A stretch of 54,560 nt of DNA from Octopus bimaculoides (GCF_001194135.2 NC_068982.1:181381346-181435905), one strand, 5' to 3'; positions 12,587 to 23,031 are shown, counted from the stretch's first letter. A program made the numbers and translations. Notes: generated by a model not told the origin, from the sequence alone.

Positions 12587-13077
12587 CTAAAACTATGAGC
12601 ACAAACGTATTGAGTCCTCGAAGTTAGCTATTCAAGATGATTTAAGAGTAGGTCTGAAATTTTCATTTCTCATTCGCATTGCAAATAATAAATTTGATAG
12701 AAAGATAGCGCTTGCTTCCGTGAAGACCTTTTAAATACTGATAATTCAACTATAATACAAGAAGATGCTTATTAATTAGTCTGAAATATTTTTTAGTTTT
12801 CCTATTAAAAAAACATTTATTAAAGTCTACACTGTTTATAAAAAAATATTAATAAGAAAGTTACTAAATATATTATATTAAAATGGGATTTTCATGTAGC
12901 TTTTATTATTTAAGATTTCATTTTTATGATCCAAACTCAGAACTAATTTCCCTTCACTGTGACATAGTCTTTTTACACTTCAGCATATATCAGGTGTTCG
13001 GCACACCCGATTTCGCTTACTCATAATTTTCTGAAAAATGATATTTTAAAATTAACTTTTCAACCAAAACATTTCAG

Positions 13078-13161
13078 ATGGTGTTTATGATATTTCAAAG
13101 ACTTCCAATTTGTTTCTTCATAAATGTCAAAACAATATGGTATATATTAATGAAATTTTCG
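13078..13161 (+). CDS. candidate internal exon (84 nt, phase 1-1), plus-strand gene
   Basis: catttcag| ... G|gtaaaa, open as (D)GVYDISKTSNLFLHKCQNNMVYINEIF. No homology recognised. Confidence 0.18.
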
Positions 13162-14451
13162 GTAAAATCTTTCATCTGGTGTTGATCATGAATGTATCTG
13201 GATTTAAAGTGAAAATGGGCGGGGAAATTTCATGCATTTCAGCCTTGTTACCCCATACGTATATTGCAATCATGTTAAAAAAATATCTTCTCAGGACTAT
13301 TCCATACTTTCCCGAAAATCACTGACAGAATTATTTGTACGAATGTGAGTATATTAATGAGTAATTAGTGAATAAAAACTTCATTCATTATTTCATAGCA
13401 GGATTAATCACCCTAGTTTTAAACTAATTCAAATATAACTAGTTTTTTTTTGTGTGTGTTTGCTTAATATTTTAGAATTACCAAGATTCACATTGGTCTT
13501 AAAAGTGTCTTTTTCAAACTAATTGTAATGTACGTCATCAAAACTTATAAGGAAGCAAAATCGTGATTCGTAAAATAACTGAACTCTTCTCCCATTTCTT
13601 TAGATTAAATTCCGATATAATAATCTACTTCATCTATGTGTTTGCAGAAAATTTCATTACACAATAACCACTTTTCTTTAAGTCATAAGAAAAGCAAAAA
13701 TACATGGGAATTATTCAAAACCTGTTTAACTCCCCTCCTATCACACGGAAACATTTACAGCAAATACCTATGTAATCGTAATCTACGCCATTTGACATGT
13801 TTATTTANNNNNNNNNNNNNNNNNNNNNNNNNNNNNNNNNNNNNNNNNNNNNNNNNNNNNNNNNNNNNNNNNNNNNNNNNNNNNNNNNNNNNNNNNNNNN
13901 NNNNNNNNNNNNNNNNNNNNNNNNNNNNNNNNNNNNNNNNNNNNNNNNNNNNNNNNNNNNNNNNNNNNNNNNNNNNNNNNNNNNNNNNNNNNNNNNNNNN
14001 NNNNNNNNNNNNNNNNNNNNNNNNNNNNNNNNNNTATATATATATATATATATATATTTGTGTAAGCATATGGACTAGACATAGAGGCATGTGGAATTTA
14101 CCTTTTTTCAGTACATTAATAAAAATGGAGAGTAGATTTAATCGATTTTGAGTCCCAACAGAATGTTCTACATTAGTTGAACAATCAAACATAAACAAGT
14201 AGATAATGTGTTGTTGAATATAGAGACTCTCCTGTTTATATCGGACTCATTATTTCAGTTATGAATGTGGTGACTGGAATTTTCTTCGAGGTATATCTTT
14301 TATTCATTTGGCATTCTCTAGGAGTCACAATTTCTTGTTTTAATTCTGATAGTATAGCTAGAGTGCTATACTATGACCGCTATATTACAAACTACTTATA
14401 TGTTATCTAGACAGAGACATAAAATTCAATAATAAATTTATATATACATAG

Positions 14452-14486
<35 letters not shown>

Positions 14487-14490
<4 letters not shown>

Positions 14491-14708
14491 CTTTAACTTG
14501 TTTCAGTCATTTGACTGCAGCCATGCTGGAGCACAGACATTAGTCGAGACAATCAACCCCAGTACTTATTCTTTCAAAGCCTAGTTCTTATTATATCGGT
14601 CTCTTTTGCCGAACCGCTGAGTTACGTTGACCTAAACACACCAAAAACAATTGTTAAGTGATGGTAGGGGACAAACATAGACATACAAATATATACGTAT
14701 ATATTTAT

Positions 14709-14775
<67 letters not shown>

Positions 14776-14940
14776 GACGCGTTTCTTTCAGTTTCCGTGT
14801 GCCAAATCCACTCACAGGTCTTTGGTCGGCCCGAGAATATAGGAAAGCATACATGCCCAAGTTTCAACGCGGTGAGACTGAACACGAAACTATGTGGTTG
14901 GTAAGGAAGCTACTTACCACACAGCCACTCCTTCGCCTAC
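14487..14940 (-). mobile_element. full-length tRNA-derived SINE family A with a central (CA)n(AT)n tract
   Basis: Minus strand starts ggcgaaggagtggctgtgtggtaagtagcttcc (box A), has a box B-like gtgttcagtctc, then the body, and a tail ending ...cagtcaaatgactgaaacaag. It resembles the tRNA-derived octopus SINEs (OK/OR type); the exact family is unverified. Confidence 0.85.
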
Positions 14941-15349
14941 ATGCATACATACATGCATACATACAAAAATACCCCGCTGATGCTGTTGAAATTCCCATGG
15001 AGGAGCCTTGGATGTAGGTTTGAAACCGACTATTTCTGTATTGGCAAGAAATCTTAAAATTAAACTGAATAATGACATACATTCAAACTTATATACATAC
15101 ATATAGATATAGATATCTATGTCTATGTATACATATGTATAGGTATATACATGTGCCTGTATATGTGAGTACGTGTGTATGCATACGCAAACAAATTTGG
15201 ATGAGTAAATTTATGCGTATATGTTCGTTTTTGTGTTTGTGTTGTGGCTGTGTATGATTTGGAGAGTATTTAGAAATGAAGTCATATCTAATTTTCCGAC
15301 ATTTTAATTTGGTAACTTAGATCAATTTATTATTAGAATATTTCCTTAC

Positions 15350-15393
15350 CAATCAGTTCCGAAGATGCATAGACATTCATTGTGACGGGAAGC
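15350..15393 (-). CDS. candidate internal exon (44 nt), minus-strand gene
   Basis: Weak acceptor aaacag| and donor TTG|gtaagg. Open frame (R)LPVTMNVYASSELI(D). Confidence 0.22.
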
Positions 15394-16075
15394 CTGTTTG
15401 TGTAATTAACTTATCATCAAGAAAATTTAATTTTTTTCCTATATTTATAACGTTCCATCAAACTCCAAACATCTGAGAAAATATAACGCATAATAATATG
15501 ATTTTAAAACTTAATATTTTATTCTAAGCGCGCATACTCATAAAATCGCTTTGATGAATATGATTCGATAAATATCTATTTATCAAAAACTATTTTATGA
15601 TAAAACTTTTGAAACAAAATAATTCCATAACATTGAAAATGAGGAAACCTTTATTGATTTTGTTCCATAGCCAAGTGAAAAGAGAATGAATAGATAACTA
15701 TCAACGTGAATGTAATGGGTTATTGTAGTTGATTCTGGAACACACTAAGATGCATAATGCTTTCTATTTAAAACATCTATTTACTTTTCATACAATATTT
15801 GTGCATAACATTACGAAAGCCTTGACGCTTTAATAGCATAAGACTATATACTTCGAGTATTCATTTTCTCTGATTTAAATGCTTTAACAGTGTATTTTTC
15901 TTTTACACCTCATTTTCGTTTATTACATTTAGAAATAATTCTTTGTTAAATCAGTATAATATATTACTGGTCGTGTCTTTCATTAACTGCATACGGCTAA
16001 AATTAAATTCGGTTAAATTTCATTGTAAAGATTGTCCGATACTGTGAAAAGTTCCAAGAAGGCAATAAATTTTAC

Positions 16076-16119
16076 CTTGAATTATCTTTTCTTTCGAAAG
16101 TAAGGTCATTAAATAATGT
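16076..16119 (-). CDS. candidate internal exon (44 nt), minus-strand gene
   Basis: aatttag| ... AAG|gtaaaa. Open frame TLFNDLTFERKDNS(R), phase-compatible with 15350-15393. Confidence 0.2.
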
Positions 16120-16242
16120 CTAAATTTATTATAGGTTTACAGTTAAATATATAACGATAAATAGCATACACCCAGCTAATTGCTGTGTGATTTGTATATC
16201 TTCATATCAAAAATAACTTTAAATATTTATCAACTTTTATAG

Positions 16243-16308
16243 CTAGGAAACTCGACGGAAGGACAGTCGAAACAATGGAAAACATTATATTTGAAGATGA
16301 CGTGGAAA
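16243..16308 (+). CDS. candidate internal exon (66 nt, phase 1-1), plus-strand gene
   Basis: Good acceptor tatcaacttttatag| and weaker donor AAA|gtaaag. Reads (A)RKLDGRTVETMENIIFEDDVE. Confidence 0.2.
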
Positions 16309-17416
16309 GTAAAGTTTTATATTAAGTTAATGGTAAATGTAATGTAAAATATAACCGTAAATGTTGGTAATAAAATGTAAAGCACGAAATCCAAGCTATA
16401 TATTTTCTAAAATAGCATTTATCCAACAAAAACATTAAGCAACAACAAAAAAGTATCGTATTTGCATAAGCATGTCTTATTTTATCTTATCTACCCTACT
16501 CAATCGCAAGTGATTATGATTCGTTAAAATAAGAAAGCTGGACACACACACACACACATATATACATATATATATGTATCCCTCTNNNNNNNNNNTCTGA
16601 AGTAGTAACCTCGGAAACATTTGATTTGAAAACCCAGGACGTTATCTTCAGTTAAGAAGTGTAAAATACCAAGCAGAGAACGGAAATGGATTTGTTGGTA
16701 TTACATTCCAGCTTGATTTTAGCTTGTCTTGCATATGTATTAATATATTTATGCATGTGTCTGTGTGAGTGTGTGTGTATGTGTGTGTGAGTGTGTGTCT
16801 GCGTTTGTGTATACATATATAAAGATATTAGAGGGATCACGCCGAACAGATATAGAAGCACTTATGCGTATAAATATACTAAACGAATTAAATATAGCAG
16901 CATGGATATGGAATATAAAATCTGTAAATATGTATACATGAGAAACGAGAGAAAACGTTTGTATATATATATATACGCATGTTGTATTTCATACTGAAGA
17001 TGTTATGTTTAATATATTCAATTATTTTATCCGCATTATTGCCTCCATATATGCGCAAGTTGATTCCTCTTGTAGCCATACTTTATCCCGCAGAATTGGT
17101 CCCAGTAAAGACATTGGAGTCTGAATTTGAATCATCTGAGCGTTACTACGTGTCTTCGATAGTGAGAATCTCTAGAAATATATATATACATATGCATGTA
17201 TATATATATATATATATATATNNNNNNNNNNATGGAATATACAATATATAATATAATATACAATATATAATATAATATACAATATATAATATAAAATAAA
17301 AATGGATGGTACTATGAAATAAAGTATTGAATGTCTTATTGAATATATGGAATATGTCTTATTGAATAGATGAAATATTGAGTGTTCAATATAAAGGATT
17401 AAATATATAAAGGCGA

Positions 17417-17514
17417 ATACGTATTTTCTATACCTTGTGGTATTTCATCATGGCCGGTATAAAGTCTGTCATACCGGCCATGATGAAATACCACAAGGTA
17501 TAGAAAATACGTAT
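17417..17514. repeat. perfect 44-bp inverted repeat with a 10-nt spacer
   Basis: 17417-17460 ATACGTATTTTCTATACCTTGTGGTATTTCATCATGGCCGGTAT is the exact reverse complement of 17471-17514. The spacer is AAAGTCTGTC. Confidence 0.97.
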
Positions 17515-18021
17515 GTGTTGTATACATTCTTTGTTGTATACATTCGCTTGCTTTCTTTCAAGATATTTAATGCGCTTAGCTTTGATTTTGGGGGCCAGCC
17601 AGATTTGAACAGATTCAAGTTTAACTTGCTGAAGTTGTAAGGATAATCTGGAAACTTGACTGAGATGAGAAGGCCACGAATGACACGTCCTTGTTTCCTC
17701 CTGTCCGTCTTTGTATCATCTATATGTCCGGATCGTTGATTGTCTTCTGTTATATAATTTAAATAATGAGAGTGATAAATTGAATATCAATTTAATTAAC
17801 ATAAATTTAAAACCGGTGGCCTAGGATATAGAAAAATTTTTGAATTCAGAAAAATTGTATTACATGCGTCGAAGAAGAGATGACAACTAAGTGGACATCC
17901 ATTATGATAGAAAGTGATCATCTACGATCTAACCACAAAGAAAAGAAAGATTTCTAGAAAATTCAGCAAACACCAGAACGTAAGCGAGTAAGACAAATGA
18001 AAATATACAGAATAAAGAATT

Positions 18022-18089
18022 AATCGTAGACCGGTTTCCCCATTAACTAATTTACTTATGTAAAACATCCCTGGCACGTCAGTATGACC
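18022..18089 (-). ncRNA. type I hammerhead ribozyme, degenerate copy
   Basis: GGUCAUA CUGACGU GCCA [29 nt] UGGG GAAAC CG GUC UACGAUU. It carries A9 to U, a G-G mismatch at the base of stem II and one A-C mismatch in stem I. Confidence 0.75.
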
Positions 18090-18547
18090 GTTATAATACA
18101 ATATAATTGCAGAACTATACACGAGTTGTCCTCATAAAATTAGACGTGTGTACAGTTCTACCGATTAGATTGGGGTTATTTTCAAATATCTTCACTCTGG
18201 CGCGCTAAGTACCGGAAACAATTCTGCAGAAGATAATTCGCTGCAGTAAATGTTGCCGGTTAGAGAACATAATTATTTAAAATTTAAATAATTAGGGCGA
18301 TAAATTGAATATCAATTTAATTAATATCAATTTAAAACCAGTGGCCTAGCATATAGAGAATTCTGAAAATTCAGAAAAATTGTATTAAATGCGTATAAGA
18401 AGGAATGACCACTCAGTGGACATCTATTATGCTAGTAATAGATCACCTACGATCTAACCACAAAGAAAAGAATGTTCTCTACAAAACTTCAGCAAACACC
18501 AGAAATTAAGCGGGTAAGGCAAATGAAAATATACGAAATAAAGAATT

Positions 18548-18615
18548 AATCGTAGACCGGTTTCGCCATTAACTAATGTACTTACATAAACCGACCCTGA
18601 CTCGTCAGTACGACC
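18548..18615 (-). ncRNA. type I hammerhead ribozyme, intact core
   Basis: GGUCGUA CUGACGA GUCA [29 nt] UGGC GAAAC CG GUC^UACGAUU. Stem I is 7 bp (GGUCGUA/UACGAUU) and stem II is GUCA/UGGC. The CUGANGA and GAAA core is invariant, the triplet is GUC, and stem III is the palindrome ACCGGU. Predicted cut between 18555 and 18554. Confidence 0.88.
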
Positions 18616-18879
18616 GGTGTAATACAATATAAGGTGCAGAACTATACACGAGTTGTCCTCATAAAATTAGACGTGTGTACAGTTCTACCGATTACACTGG
18701 GGTTATTTTCAAATGTTTTCAAATGTCTTTGTGGATTATCAGCTAGTAGAATCTGAATCGTACTTTGCCATCTTACCATCTGCAGACACTTTCCTTGTGT
18801 TTTTTGCACGATTTTTCATATTTATTCGTGTTTCTTGCACCTGATTTCCCTCAAAATCCACTTCTACATCCTCATGTCT

Positions 18880-18987
18880 TACACACACACACACACACAC
18901 CCACAAACACACACACACACACACACATACACACACACACACCCACACACACACACACACACACTCAAACACACACACACACACAAA
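18880..18987. repeat. (CA)n microsatellite
   Basis: Direct reading of the sequence. Confidence 0.95.
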
Positions 18988-19552
18988 TATATATCTTGCT
19001 AACTGACCGGAGATTTAAAGCAGTTACTAATTTAATACCAACTGCTATTGTAAATGTTTGATATAAACATTCACCCCATAATGGAAACCATGATTTCAGG
19101 CCTTCAACTATAAACACATCATATATTTGTGTATATGTATAGGTATATCTATGTGTGTACATTTGTTCATTTATTCATTAATTTAATTATATGCAAGAAC
19201 AATACGAACCACTACAGGAATACACCTTAGCTAACGCATCAAATATATGTGTATATGTATATATATATGCGTATATATATATANNNNNNNNNNNNNNNNN
19301 NNNNNNNNNNNNNNNNNNNNNNNNNNNNNNNNNNNNNNNNNNNNNNNNNNNNNNNNNNNNNNNNNNNNNNNNNNNNNNNNNNNNNNNNNNNNNNNNNNNN
19401 NNNNNNNNNNNNNNNNNNNNNNNNNNNNNNNNNNNNNNNNNNNNNNNNNNNNNNNNNNNNNNNNNNNNNNNNNNNNNNNNNNNNNNNNNNNNNNNNNNNN
19501 NNNNNATATATATATATATATATATGCTTGTATCTATATGTGTAGATAGATC

Positions 19553-19590
<38 letters not shown>

Positions 19591-20559
19591 GAGATTGATA
19601 GATGTACATCGGTCATTCATATATCTATATATACACAGAAATACACACATGCAATTCAGAACAACATGATAAATTTTAATTTCATTGAGATTACGCTGTG
19701 TTCTTTTGAGCAGTCTAGCGGTCACACAGTCTCTTTGATTGGTTTGAGCAGTGAATGGAAATGACAGAATCAAAAATCAGACACGAAAGAAAACACATTT
19801 AGCAAGCATATATTTTTTTTTGTTTTATATTTTTTTCCCATTTTCCGTAAAATAAAAATAACCCATTACCTTTCGCTATTAAGTGGATTAATCAATTAAG
19901 TATGATTAGCTAAATGAACACTAAAACCAGTAATATTTTAATGTTCCAATAAATATAAGGAGATTGTGAAGAACTCTAAAGACATGAATTCTATAATTGC
20001 CGATTATTTTCGTTGAAAATGTCCAGGATAATTCTAATCGCCACTTTATAGGAGACTAATCTTTTTCTGTTTAGTTTATTATTTTATTGTTTTCACTGAA
20101 ATATGCAAATAGAAGGCGCTGGCAATCATATCCTGCTACGAAATAATGTGCATTTCAGGGAAGTAATATCTGCTATTACAAAATTAATTATCAAACTTAT
20201 TAACGTCTGATAATTAATTAGCAGTTAATGCAAAATTAATAAAGGGCATCTTATTTTTCAACAATTACGTTCCAATATTAATTAGTTGAGAGCAAATTTG
20301 CGGGTAATATTCTATGCTGTCTTTCTGTTAGTTACTTTTTATTCCTTAACGTTTATGTGTTGAATTCGAAAGAGCCAGAACATTTCATCGGTGCAGAAAT
20401 GACATAATACGCAGCCGACAAGAAACAGATAATCAATTTTCTTATGTACGCAGCCGACAAGACACATAGATAATCACTTGCCTTGTGTACACAGAACGTA
20501 CATTTGTTTTTTGCTTCCAAATTGTGAAACATATTTTCAAATCATTTCTACTATAGCTA

Positions 20560-20757
20560 TAAGGCCTGGAATTTTAGGGAGGGTGCTTATTCGATTACAT
20601 CGATCTCAGTGCTTGATTAGTGCTTACTCTATTGACCTCGAAAGAACGTAAGGCAAATTAGACATCGGCAGAATTTGAAAACAGAATTCAAGGACGGAAG
20701 AAATGCTGCTAACCATTTCGCCCGGTGTGCCAACGATCCTGCCAGCTCACCGTCTTT
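20560..20757 (-). mobile_element. tRNA-derived SINE family B
   Basis: Minus head 'aagacggtgagctggcaggatcgttggcacaccgggcgaaatg...ttcaaattctgccgatg'. Homologous to 21055-21262, 32436-32612, 34770-34945 and 35028-35250. Confidence 0.75.
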
Positions 20758-21054
20758 ACTTGAAGATAAGTAATAACACTAAACGAATACCTCTCAATCT
20801 ATCAAAAATGGCAACCAATTCTAAAGTTTACTTACAGTCATAAAGTAGTTTAATGCACGCTCTAATTAAATGTGGTTATATATAATGCAATTATTACATG
20901 AGAAGCAGAAAAATAAATTATGTACTTTAACACTCTAGCATACGGCAGTTGTCAAGTGTAACCGTCAGATACAGGCTCAGTGTTCTACTAGTAGACTAAA
21001 GGCCTTCTGACAACAATTACTGTCAATATTTATTTCTTTATTATGCACAGAGGG

Positions 21055-21262
21055 CTAAACATAGAGGGGACAAACAAGGAGAGACGAAGAGATTGAGTTG
21101 ATTACATCACCCCAGTGCGTAACTAGTATTTGTTTAATCAAAACCGAGAGGATGAAGGGCAAAGTCGACCTCGGCGGAATTTCAACTCAGAACGTCACCG
21201 CAGACGAAATAGCGCTAAGCATTTTGCCCGGCGTGCTAACGATTCTGACAGTTCGCGGCCTT
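21055..21262 (-). mobile_element. tRNA-derived SINE family B
   Basis: 'ggatgaagggcaaagtcgacctcggcggaatttcaactcagaacgt...gcattttgcccggcgtgctaacgattctg' is shared with the other copies. Confidence 0.8.
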
Positions 21263-21444
21263 AATCACTGTCAATATTAGTGCAAAGTAATAGCTTTTCG
21301 ATTGTGAGAACATTCTATGCAGAAAATTTGGAAGCATCGAATGTGCTAGCTTTTTACAGACAAGAAAATAAATTTAGAATGCAATATTTCTGAGACGGAC
21401 ATGAGTAACGCAAAAGGAAAATGGACCAAACGCTCATATTTTAC

Positions 21445-21610
21445 AGGACAGGCGTTTTTCAGTTTCCGTCAAACAATTCCACTCTTAAGGCTTTGATCGG
21501 CCCCAATCTTTAGTAGAAGTCAACTGCCCAAGGTGCCACACAGTAAGACTGAACCCTGAACCATTGTGTTTTGGAAGAACTCATTGTACAACACACCGAA
21601 ACTGCGCATG
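21445..21610 (-). mobile_element. SINE family A head fragment
   Basis: 'tttcagtttccgtc...ggctttgatcggccc...tgcccaaggtgccacacagtaagactgaacc' is the reverse complement of 671-812. Confidence 0.7.
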
Positions 21611-21758
21611 GTTTAAAATAATGGAAAATGTGGAAAAAATTGCATAAAATATTCAAGCTGAAATAAGCAATACCGGATCCAAATCAGTTCAGTATGACTT
21701 ATTTTCCTATACTATAAAAGAAAGACGAAAACGAAAGAAACATTTTTAGATACAAAGC

Positions 21759-21842
<84 letters not shown>

Positions 21843-21844
<2 letters not shown>

Positions 21845-21944
21845 GTTGTATTTGGGGATGGTCATGTTGCCAGTTTAACCAATAAAAACACACATACTAT
21901 ATATTTGGCTAAACTGGCAACATGACCATCTCCAAATACAACAA
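21843..21944. mobile_element. short foldback/MITE-like element with near-perfect arms of about 42 bp
   Basis: Left arm ttgttgtatttggggatggtcatgttgccagtttaaccaata; right arm tatttggctaaactggcaacatgaccatctccaaatacaacaa. Two substitutions and one indel; flanked by (TG)n and (AT)n. Confidence 0.75.
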
Positions 21945-21986
21945 TATCTGTTTCAACACACGATTTCATATCAAGAATCTTGCAAG

Positions 21987-22028
<42 letters not shown>

Positions 22029-22313
22029 TAAAACTTTTTCTCTACAAAAGACTAGAAGTAGCATATGAAACCGTAATTTTCTTTCTCCCTTCCATCCTTC
22101 TCACATTTATTATATAATTGTATATTACTTATACAAATCAAACGCACCTTAAGCATATGTAAACCAATATATTTTCAGAGAGAACAGTGATTCAGTGTAA
22201 GTATATCTTTATTATTATATTTATTATTATTAATACATTTTTTTATGTAAACGCCTTGAATAAAATTATTCGCTATATATGTTAAAATATTAAACTGTTT
22301 TAATTATACAATT

Positions 22314-22331
<18 letters not shown>

Positions 22332-22347
<16 letters not shown>

Positions 22348-22541
22348 ATCATAAATATATAGGGATTGACAGTAACCTGCTTGTCCAACATACTGAGAAT
22401 TCAGAAATAGCAGTCAAAGAACTACTGATTTCAAAACTACAAATTATTACTCCAGATTGATAGCGATATTTTTGATACCCGGCAAAATTGTTAATTATTA
22501 ATGTTATTACTAATTGACGATTCTCTGCCCTGCATATCTAT
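22332..22541. repeat. interspersed repeat, copy 1 (ends shared with 40113-40258)
   Basis: Both loci share 'taaatatatagggattgacagtaacctgctt' and 'tacccggcaaaattgttaattattaat...tgacgat..ctgccctgcatatctat'. Confidence 0.75.
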
Positions 22542-22919
22542 NNNNNNNNNNNNNNNNNNNNNNNNNNNNNNNNNNNNNNNNNNNNNNNNNNNNNNNNNNN
22601 NNNNNNNNNNNNNNNNNNNNNNNNNNNNNNNNNNNNNNNNNNNNNNNNNNNNNNNNNNNNNNNNNNNNNNNNNNNNNNNNNNNNNNNNNNNNNNNNNNNN
22701 NNNNNNNNNNNNGCCAGCATCATTCAGCGTAATGTAAGTGATTCTGAAAACCGTTCCAAAAATAATAGCTCCTTCCTTCCCAATAGCAGGTGTATGATTG
22801 TAGCTGGTGTCTTTATAGCAATTACCAATGATAACTTCTATCACATTTAAAGATTATCTCTGCATCTCTGCATTGGTCCATTATTCCCTCTCACTTCTTT
22901 TCCACTTCCTTCTAATACT

Positions 22920-22981
22920 CTTTTCTTCTTTCTTTCTCCCACTTCTCTCTCTCTCCCTCTCTCTCTGTCCCCAATCTTCCT

Positions 22982-23031
<50 letters not shown>
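22920..23031. repeat. (TC)n polypyrimidine microsatellite
   Basis: Direct reading of the sequence. Confidence 0.9.

Larger units (their letters stand above)
17755..18714 (-). mobile_element. head-to-tail array (about 1.8 units of 526 bp) carrying hammerhead ribozymes: retrozyme-like or PLE pLTR-like
   Basis: 17756-18187 aligns with 18281-18714 at roughly 85% identity (counted by eye). Each copy holds a type I hammerhead motif on the minus strand, with predicted cleavage sites 526 nt apart. Confidence 0.8.

Noticed and set aside
17922-18122. 66-aa minus ORF inside the tandem unit
   Set aside because: The second copy has a frameshift and stop in the same region, and the conserved blocks are explained by the ribozyme and hairpin rather than by coding.
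18778-18878. Possible minus-strand exon ending ATG|gtaaga that would supply a start codon to the minus exon chain
   Set aside because: The donor is good, but the upstream side runs into (CA)n with no credible acceptor or promoter, and other upstream exons fit equally well; too speculative to list.
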